From Steroidobacteraceae bacterium (GTDB taxonomy: Bacteria > Pseudomonadota > Gammaproteobacteria > Steroidobacterales > Steroidobacteraceae), in contig DATHFW010000246.1 of the NCBI GenBank assembly GCA_035317945.1, forward strand, positions 1-32,404: a DNA stretch of 32,404 bases, in the 5' to 3' direction. A program made the position numbers and the translations under genes. Under the pieces are notes generated by a model. That model searched no databases. It was not told the DNA's origin and was given only the letters and a program-made list of their open reading frames with translations. Shown here in pieces: positions 27,513 to 32,404 of the stretch. The number at the start of each line of letters is the position of its first letter. Positions within the stretch are counted from its first letter, which is position 1.

Positions 27513-28832
27513 TCAAAAAATCTCGCCTGAGCTCAAAAAATCCCGCGTGGTGGCTTCGGCATCCTCCCAGTGCGGAAAGGCGCTCATGGCATCTACATAG
27601 TTGTGAATGACGTCGGTGTGCGCGTCCTCCTGCCAACCCCCCGGCTGATTGCTGAGCGACAAATCTCGCGGACGGCCTTGCTCGTCGATCGAATACAGCG
27701 TGAAATTCAGCGCCTGCCGCGCTTCGCTCGCCAGGGCCGGCGAGCGCGCGGCCTTTGCGTACATGGCGAGGACCGCACCGTAGGTTGAATTCACGCCGCC
27801 CCAGGCCTGCTTGTCCTCATCCTGCTCGTGACACACGTTCACGCCGAATTCCCGATGCGTGAAATTCGCACGGACAAAATGCATCAACGAACCGCTATCG
27901 GCGAGCCAATCCGGATCAACCAAGTCCTTTTTTTCGAGCAGATAGCGCGCGAGATTCAAAGGAGCCCATGCGGTGCGGTTGGTGGGCGTGTCGTGGTCTT
28001 CAAAGAACTGTGCGAACAGGCTGCCTTCGGCTGCGGCGCTCGGCACTTGGTAGTCCTTGATCCACCGCCACAGCGATTGTCTCGCCTTGGAAAATTCGGA
28101 GTAGCCATGCTCTGTCAGCAGATCAAAAAGCCGCAAGATATAAGTCATGTTTCCCGACACCGGACCGCGCCCTTCGCCGCTGCGATAGTCGGCGCGAAAA
28201 GGCCACGGCGAGTGCACGGCGTCGCCGGCTTGCTGATTGGCGGCGAGGACCCGCGCGTTGTGCAGCGCCTGCGTCAAGTATTTCGAGTCGCCGGTGGCTT
28301 CGAACAGCAGCACCAACGCGTGACCGGCAATGCCGCCTTTGTCGGGTTCGATTTCATACGGCTGATCGGATTGCGAACCGCAATCAGCCGGCTGCGGGAA
28401 GTGTCCGCGTTTTCCCGTCGAGCGCGTGAAGGAGGGATATTTGCCGGCATCCGGCGTGAGCGCTTCCTTGAGCAGATAGTCGCCCATCAGGCGCGCGGTC
28501 GCGAGCGTCGCCGGCTGCTGCTCGCCGTGCATCCCGTAGAATTTCAAATACGAAAGAATTCCCATGCCGTTTTGGGTCGCGGGAATGATGTCGGTGCGCT
28601 CCGTACTCGGCGTCCAGGCGGCATCCAGAAAGGTTTCACAGGCGAAACGCGGATAGCCACGGTCAAGCGGGCACTGCTGGTAGTAATTCATTTCCCGGTC
28701 CAGCGCCGCGGCCCACGATGTCCAGGGCAGCAATTGTCCCGAAGCATCGAAGCTGGCCACGTGCCCCGCTATGGTCAACGGTGTATTCAGACAGGCTCCT
28801 TGAGCGCTCGGTAAAAGAATTTCGTGTCGCAC
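27513..28832 (-). CDS. hypothetical protein, possibly all-alpha (alpha/alpha-toroid-like); family not recognised
   Basis: 439-aa ORF with balanced, W/Y/F/D/E-rich composition, unlike its Arg-rich antisense partner. Segments such as 'GGIAGHALVLLFEATGDSKYLTQALHNARVL' recall helical-hairpin repeats. No signal peptide or TM is seen. The start is uncertain: GTG 28832 overlaps the GNAT gene by 46 nt, with TTG 28778 and GTG 28760 as alternatives. Confidence 0.6.
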   Translation of the reverse strand: MRHEILLPSAQGACLNTPLTIAGHVASFDASGQLLPWTSWAAALDREMNYYQQCPLDRGYPRFACETFLDAAWTPSTERTDIIPATQNGMGILSYLKFYGMHGEQQPATLATARLMGDYLLKEALTPDAGKYPSFTRSTGKRGHFPQPADCGSQSDQPYEIEPDKGGIAGHALVLLFEATGDSKYLTQALHNARVLAANQQAGDAVHSPWPFRADYRSGEGRGPVSGNMTYILRLFDLLTEHGYSEFSKARQSLWRWIKDYQVPSAAAEGSLFAQFFEDHDTPTNRTAWAPLNLARYLLEKKDLVDPDWLADSGSLMHFVRANFTHREFGVNVCHEQDEDKQAWGGVNSTYGAVLAMYAKAARSPALASEARQALNFTLYSIDEQGRPRDLSLSNQPGGWQEDAHTDVIHNYVDAMSAFPHWEDAEATTRDFLSSGEIF

Positions 28833-29359
28833 AACCCACCGCCCGGCAGTAGAGCAAAGCCGGGAATGAGGCCGCAGGGCTGCCAGCCGAGTTTCGCATA
28901 TAAACGTTCCGCGTCGCTGCTTGCGGTATCGAGCACCAGCAGCGTCTTGCCGGCGCCCAAAGCGGCGTGCTCGGCGGCCGTGAGTAATGCGGCCCCGATG
29001 CCGTGCCGGCGCGCCCGCCGATGGACCAGCATCTTCGCGATGTCGGCGCGATGCGGCTGATTCTCGAACGGAGCGAAAACAATTTGCACCGTACCCAAGA
29101 TGGCGCCTGCCGCATCCGCCGCGGCCATCAACAGCCGCTCGCCGCGCGCCACGCCGGCGGCTGCCTCGCGCCAGAACGCATTCGCTTTAGCGCGGGACAG
29201 GGGCAGCATGAAACCGACGGAAGCGCCGCCCTCGACGCAGTCGATCAGCACATCGCTCAAGGCTTGGATCTCGCCGTCGCCGAAAGTCTGCAGGGAATGA
29301 ATCTGGGTGGTATTGAGCACCGTTGCATCATTACGCCGCACCTGCCCTGAGATTGTCAA
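28787..29359 (-). CDS. GNAT family N-acetyltransferase
   Basis: The acetyl-CoA motif A 'VHRRARRHGIGAALL' is followed by 'LDTASSDAERLYAKLGW'. The start is uncertain: TTG 29359, with GTG 29341 and 29320 as alternatives. Confidence 0.75.
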   Translation of the reverse strand: MTISGQVRRNDATVLNTTQIHSLQTFGDGEIQALSDVLIDCVEGGASVGFMLPLSRAKANAFWREAAAGVARGERLLMAAADAAGAILGTVQIVFAPFENQPHRADIAKMLVHRRARRHGIGAALLTAAEHAALGAGKTLLVLDTASSDAERLYAKLGWQPCGLIPGFALLPGGGLCDTKFFYRALKEPV

Positions 29360-29400
29360 TTTGCGCGTCGATCCCCCGTTAGAATGGCGTCGGAGGTGTC

Positions 29401-30429
29401 ATGGCTTTGCAACAACTCTTCGGGATAGAGCTTCCCATCATCCAGGCGCCCATGGCGGGCTATCAAGGAAGCGACATGGCGATTGCGGTATCCAATGCGG
29501 GCGGCTTGGGTTCGCTGCCCGGCGCCATGCTGAGTGTGCAGGCGATGCAGACGGAGCTGACGGCGATTCGCGCAGGCACAGCCAAACCGTTCAACGTGAA
29601 TTTCTTTTGTCACGCAACGCCTGAAATCGATGGCGCGCGAGAAGCCGCCTGGCGCAAGTTGCTGCGGCCGTACCTGGAGGAGTTCGACATCGAGCTGGAC
29701 GATGCACCCACGCCGTCGCGGACTCCCTTCAGCGCCGCCGCCGCGGATGTGTTGGCGGCATTCAAACCTGCGGTCGTGAGTTTCCACTTTGGATTGCCCG
29801 CGGCCGACCTCGTGAAGCGCGTGAAGGAGTGGGGGTCGAAAGTAGTGTCGTCGGCCACCACTGTTGCGGAGGCGCTATGGCTCGAGCAGCGCGGCGCCGA
29901 CGCCATCATTGCGCAAGGGTTCGAGGCCGGCGGCCATAGGGGCATTTTTCTGTCCGAGGATCTCAGCACCCAGGTCGGTACATTTGCGCTGCTGCCGCAG
30001 ATCGCCCGGGCAGTCAGGGTGCCGGTCATCGCGGCCGGCGGCATCGCGGATGCCAAAGGCGTGGCGGCGGCCATGTCGCTCGGCGCTGCGGGTGTTCAGC
30101 TCGGCACGGCGTACCTGCTTTGTCCGGAGGCGACGACCAGTGCAGTGCATCGCGCGGCGCTGCAGAGCGATCGCGCTGCCCATACGGCGCTGACCAATTT
30201 GTTTTCCGGACGGCCTGCGCGCGGCATCATGAATCGGCTGATGGCAGAACTGGGCCCGATCAATGCCGCGGCCCCTGCTTTTCCGTTGGCCGCCGGCGCG
30301 CTCGCCGCGCTGCGCAAGAAAGCCGAGAGCTTGGGAATAGGCGACTTCTCGCCCTTGTGGTCCGGTCAAAATGCCGGCGGCTGCCGGGAAATTCCGGCGG
30401 CGGCGTTAACCCGATCGCTGTCTGGCTGA
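29401..30429 (+). CDS. nitronate monooxygenase / NAD(P)H-dependent flavin oxidoreductase (NMO family)
   Basis: 342 aa with GGAGG-N4 before the ATG. 'LPIIQAPMAGYQGSDMAIAVSNAGGLGSL' and 'VIAAGGIADAKG' are NMO TIM-barrel motifs. Confidence 0.88.
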   Translation: MALQQLFGIELPIIQAPMAGYQGSDMAIAVSNAGGLGSLPGAMLSVQAMQTELTAIRAGTAKPFNVNFFCHATPEIDGAREAAWRKLLRPYLEEFDIELDDAPTPSRTPFSAAAADVLAAFKPAVVSFHFGLPAADLVKRVKEWGSKVVSSATTVAEALWLEQRGADAIIAQGFEAGGHRGIFLSEDLSTQVGTFALLPQIARAVRVPVIAAGGIADAKGVAAAMSLGAAGVQLGTAYLLCPEATTSAVHRAALQSDRAAHTALTNLFSGRPARGIMNRLMAELGPINAAAPAFPLAAGALAALRKKAESLGIGDFSPLWSGQNAGGCREIPAAALTRSLSG

Positions 30430-30440
30430 GAGCAACACTC

Positions 30441-30989
30441 ATGGCGCTCGGCGCAACCGTTTATTCATTCAAAATCGAACTTGCCGATTCCGATCGCGGC
30501 GTCTATGTGCCTCTGGATTTGCGCGTTGCGCGCCATCCGTCGGAGACCGAGGATCACCTGCTGACGCGCGTCATCGCCTACTGTCTCGAGTACACCGAGG
30601 GAATCAATCTTTCGAACGGGCTGTCAGACCCCGACCAGCCCGCTATTTCGGTCCGCGATCTCACCGGCGCACTTCGCGTGTGGGTTGATGTCGGGGCGCC
30701 GGAGGCGGCGCGGTTGCATCGTGCCGCCAAGCTCGCGCCGCGCGTTGCGGTATACACGCACAAGGACGCTGAGCAGCTGGCCACCCGGCTGCGGGCCGAA
30801 AAAATCCACCGCGCGGAGGCGCTGGAATTGTACGCAATGGATCGCGAGTGGCTGGCGGAGCTCGCATCGAGGCTCGCACGGCGCATGGAATTCGCGCTCA
30901 CCGTGGCGGATCGTCACGTGTATCTGTCGCTGGGCGCCGATACTCTCACCAGCACCGTCGAGCGGCTTGCAATCGGGCCGGAAATTTAA
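30441..30989 (+). CDS. yaeQ: YaeQ family protein
   Basis: 182 aa from ATG 30441, 11 nt after the NMO stop. 'MALGATVYSFKIELADSDRGVYVPLDLRVARHPSETEDHLLTRVIAYCL' matches the YaeQ N-terminus. The ORF-track start at 30120 lies inside the NMO gene. Confidence 0.85.
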   Translation: MALGATVYSFKIELADSDRGVYVPLDLRVARHPSETEDHLLTRVIAYCLEYTEGINLSNGLSDPDQPAISVRDLTGALRVWVDVGAPEAARLHRAAKLAPRVAVYTHKDAEQLATRLRAEKIHRAEALELYAMDREWLAELASRLARRMEFALTVADRHVYLSLGADTLTSTVERLAIGPEI

Positions 30990-31016
30990 GACCGAGATTC
31001 AAGTCAATGCAACGGC

Positions 31017-31047
31017 GGCGCCGCTGCGCGCGCTCAACAGCAGCGCC
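31017..31047. terminator. GC-rich hairpin between convergent yaeQ and hemF (possible bidirectional terminator)
   Basis: GGCGCCGCTG (31017-31026) pairs with CAGCAGCGCC (31038-31047). That is a 10-bp stem with one C.A mismatch and an 11-nt loop. No U-tract follows on either strand. Confidence 0.3.
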
Positions 31048-31057
31048 TCCAATGTCA

Positions 31058-31999
31058 TCATGATGCCGATTGATTCTTCGGGGCGAGTTCGCGCAGAAAG
31101 TCCCGCGGACGCAGAAACTCTTCGTAAAGACGGGCTTCGGGCGATCCCGGCGCGGGGCGCCAGTCATACTCCCAGCGAACCAGGGGCGGCATCGACATCA
31201 GTATGGATTCAGCGCGGCCGCGAGACTGCAAACCGAACAAGGTGCCGCGGTCATAGACCAGGTTGAATTCGACATACCGGCCGCGCCGGTAGAGTTGAAA
31301 TTGCCGCTCGCGATCGCCGTACGGCTGGTCTTTGCGGCGTTCCAGGATGGGCATGAACGCCGGCAGAAAATGATCGCCGACGCTGCGCTGAAATGCGAAT
31401 GAGCGGTCAAAACCGATTTCGTTCAGGTCGTCGAAGAACAATCCGCCGACGCCGCGGGTTTCGTTTCGATGCGGCAGAAAGAAATAGCGGTCGCACCAGC
31501 TTTTGTATTTCTCGTACACATCAGGTCCGAACGCCCGGCACGCGTCCCGCGCAGTTCGATGCCAGTGCAGCACGTCCTCGTCGTGTGGGTAGTAGGGCGT
31601 GAGGTCGAAGCCGCCGCCGAACCACCAGACTTCCGGCTCGTTGGCCGGTCGCGCCACGAAGAACCGGACGTTGCAATGCGTCGTGGGCACGTGCGGATTT
31701 CGCGGATGAAACACCAATGACAGCCCCATCGCTTCGAAGGGTGCCCCGGCAATTTCCGGACGCAAGCTGGAGGCGGATGGCGGCATCTTGTCGCCCAAGA
31801 CATGCGAAAACGATACTCCCGCCCGCTCGAATACGGCGCCATCGCTCAGTAGGCGGCTCTCGCCGCCGCCGCCTTCGGGCCGTTGCCACACGTCGCGCCG
31901 AAATTTCACCGAATCGATATTTTCCAGTGCCGCAGTGATGCGATCCTGCAACTCTCTCAGGTAGCTTTTGACCGCGGACGCGTCTGCCGACTGAGTCAT
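31058..31999 (-). CDS. hemF: oxygen-dependent coproporphyrinogen III oxidase
   Basis: 313 aa with GGGAG-N9 before the ATG. '[10 protein letters not shown]', '[23 protein letters not shown]', '[13 protein letters not shown]' and '[16 protein letters not shown]' are HemF signatures. Confidence 0.93.
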   Translation of the reverse strand: MTQSADASAVKSYLRELQDRITAALENIDSVKFRRDVWQRPEGGGGESRLLSDGAVFERAGVSFSHVLGDKMPPSASSLRPEIAGAPFEAMGLSLVFHPRNPHVPTTHCNVRFFVARPANEPEVWWFGGGFDLTPYYPHDEDVLHWHRTARDACRAFGPDVYEKYKSWCDRYFFLPHRNETRGVGGLFFDDLNEIGFDRSFAFQRSVGDHFLPAFMPILERRKDQPYGDRERQFQLYRRGRYVEFNLVYDRGTLFGLQSRGRAESILMSMPPLVRWEYDWRPAPGSPEARLYEEFLRPRDFLRELAPKNQSAS

Positions 32000-32016
32000 T
32001 GCCTAGGCTCCCGTCC

Positions 32017-32404
32017 TTACGTCTTCTTTTTTGCGGGACTCTTCTTGGCCTTGGCTTTGGCTTTTGCGGCCGTGGGCTTGGCCTTTGCAGCCGCAGCCGG
32101 CTTCACGGGCGCCTGCTTGTTGACGGCTGTTTTCTTTCCCTTGGCGGCGAGCTTCACTCGGACCGGCGCCGAGGCCGCTGCCTCCGGCGCCGCCGTGGGC
32201 GCGCCCTTTCCGCCCTTGGCGCCTTTTGCGGCGGCGTTTGGGGCGGTTTTTGGAGCAAACCTCGAGCCCTTTCCGCCCTTGCGTCCCCATTTGCCGCGTT
32301 CCGGCGCCGCTGCCAGCAGAGCCTGGCATTCTTCCAGCGTCAGGCTCTTGGGTTCCTTGTCCTTCGGCATTTTTGCGTTGCGCGCCTTGTCGGTGATGTA
32401 CGGA
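32017..32404 (-). CDS. 3' end of a gene running off the right edge: probable type IA topoisomerase (TopA) or YrdD-like C-terminal domain protein with Lys/Ala-rich basic tail
   Basis: The frame stays open upstream of the listed Met to the window edge (...PYITDKARNAKMPKDKEPKSLTLEECQALLAAAPERG...). The pattern 'PY(I/V)xxGxxNAxxPK...P..LTLEEA..LL' is typical of the Topo I C-terminus. It is followed by about 80 aa of AKGKK/AKAKAKAKK low complexity. Confidence 0.5.
   Translation of the reverse strand, partial: PYITDKARNAKMPKDKEPKSLTLEECQALLAAAPERGKWGRKGGKGSRFAPKTAPNAAAKGAKGGKGAPTAAPEAAASAPVRVKLAAKGKKTAVNKQAPVKPAAAAKAKPTAAKAKAKAKKSPAKKKT

Noticed and set aside
25875-28814. ORFs 25875-26846 (minus) and 27828-28814 (plus), antisense to the serine hydrolase and the 439-aa protein
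   Set aside because: The sense proteins have balanced, aromatic-rich composition and, for the hydrolase, an SxxK motif. The antisense products are Arg/Gly/Ala/His-rich.
32003-32329. 108-aa alternative-frame ORF (G/R/K-rich) overlapping the Lys/Ala-tail coding region
   Set aside because: It is a frame-shifted reading of the same low-complexity GCC/AAG repeat. The other frame continues an identifiable Topo-I-like C-terminus.

Overview
High-GC proteobacterial (gamma/beta-like) chromosomal segment, densely packed with about 33 protein-coding genes, many joined by overlapping start/stop codons. The content is mostly core housekeeping and envelope functions. Left to right: ABC-2 permease + DUF3187-like outer-membrane protein, dps + PH/SHOCT protein, an orphan FAD-linked oxidase, and a CPA2 K+/H+ antiporter. 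Then a four-gene Mce/Mla-type ABC operon (permease-ATPase-MCE-lipoprotein), ABC-F yheS, a HAMP-PAS-GGDEF-EAL protein, a DsbA-like/M15 peptidase pair and an HD-domain protein. Then an SH3 membrane protein, prlC, gor, aroE, hemB, an ECF sigma/ZAS anti-sigma pair, DUF4404, rlmJ and a beta-lactamase-fold hydrolase. Finally a stand-alone PilZ, an unassignable 439-aa protein + GNAT, nitronate monooxygenase, yaeQ, hemF, and the 3' end of a topoisomerase-I-like gene with a Lys/Ala-rich tail. I found no rRNA, tRNA, CRISPR array, transposase, integrase or phage gene, and no defence-island hallmarks. I therefore cannot point to a convincing, self-contained novel multi-gene system. The best leads are: (i) the GNAT/439-aa/PilZ corner (27.1-29.4 kb); (ii) the 284-nt structured leader upstream of the FAD oxidase; (iii) the in-frame 15-bp tandem repeat, open in two frames, at the ATPase/MCE gene junction; (iv) the ABC-2/DUF3187 and dps/PH-SHOCT pairs. 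All family calls come from reading motifs in the supplied translations. No database search was run.
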